A stretch of 64,000 nt of DNA from a virus: positions 96,001-160,000 of the IMG/VR virus record IMGVR_UViG_3300044846_004119. One strand, written 5' to 3'. Every line of letters starts with the position of its first letter. The stretch's first letter is position 1. Below, piece after piece: positions 63,959-64,000 of this stretch. Both the position numbers and the translations under genes were made by a program. The notes under the pieces were generated by a model. The model was not told where the DNA came from. It saw only the letters and a list, made by a program, of their open reading frames with translations, and did no database searches.

Positions 63959-64000
63959 CAACAATATTCTATTAGCATTAAAACCAAATTGTTTGTTTAC

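Noticed and set aside
1-64000. tRNA, tmRNA or rRNA genes
   Set aside because: By-eye search found GTTCGA-type T-loop strings only inside coding regions (for example near 34980 and 41331), with no cloverleaf or acceptor stem. A covariance search could still find a divergent one.
1-64000. Stop-codon reassignment, as in some large phages
   Set aside because: Conserved enzymes are full length under the standard code, and TAA, TAG and TGA all end plausible genes.
1-64000. Eukaryotic giant virus or bacterial chromosome origin
   Set aside because: Sigma70, SmpB and Bacteroidota promoters argue against a eukaryotic virus. Scattered single pathway genes among many small orphan ORFs, with no housekeeping operons, argue against a chromosome.

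Overview
AT-rich, densely coding 64 kb segment best explained as part of a large (jumbo/huge) tailed-phage genome infecting a Bacteroidota host. No capsid, terminase or rRNA/tRNA genes are in the window, so the viral call rests on gene content: RuvC-like resolvase, primase, Mre11/Rad50-like pair, phage-type hypotheticals, orphan methyltransferases and lysis-type genes. Host evidence: TAnnTTTG(-7)/TTTG(-33) promoters, A-rich leaders without Shine-Dalgarno, a Bacteroidota-type sigma70, an Hc1-like histone and a GSII-type glutamine synthetase. Host-like genes include cysteine synthase, glnII, smpB, dnaJ, thioredoxin, glutaredoxin, rmlB, rmlC, a GT2 and an LpxH-like phosphoesterase. The most notable unexplained structure is a two-layer system. 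(1) About 25 genes are preceded by a sense-strand TATTTAT motif, often 4-5 nt before the start codon, which is a candidate phage-sigma late promoter. (2) About 15 otherwise unrelated proteins share a short [IVL]-x-[ILV]-[TSN]-E-x-[QE]-L tag followed by a [LIV]-x-E motif, resembling a capsid-targeting and prohead-protease signal. The cargo in this class includes a pre-toxin-TG-like protein co-transcribed with a DHH phosphoesterase, a Dps-like protein, an LRR protein and an acidic protein with an ArdA-like motif. Other leads are a candidate ~80-nt RNA upstream of smpB with a 16S-3'-end-like loop, a catalytically degenerate SAM-synthetase homolog and a mucin-like 1164-aa protein. All family assignments come from motif recognition by eye; no database searches were run.
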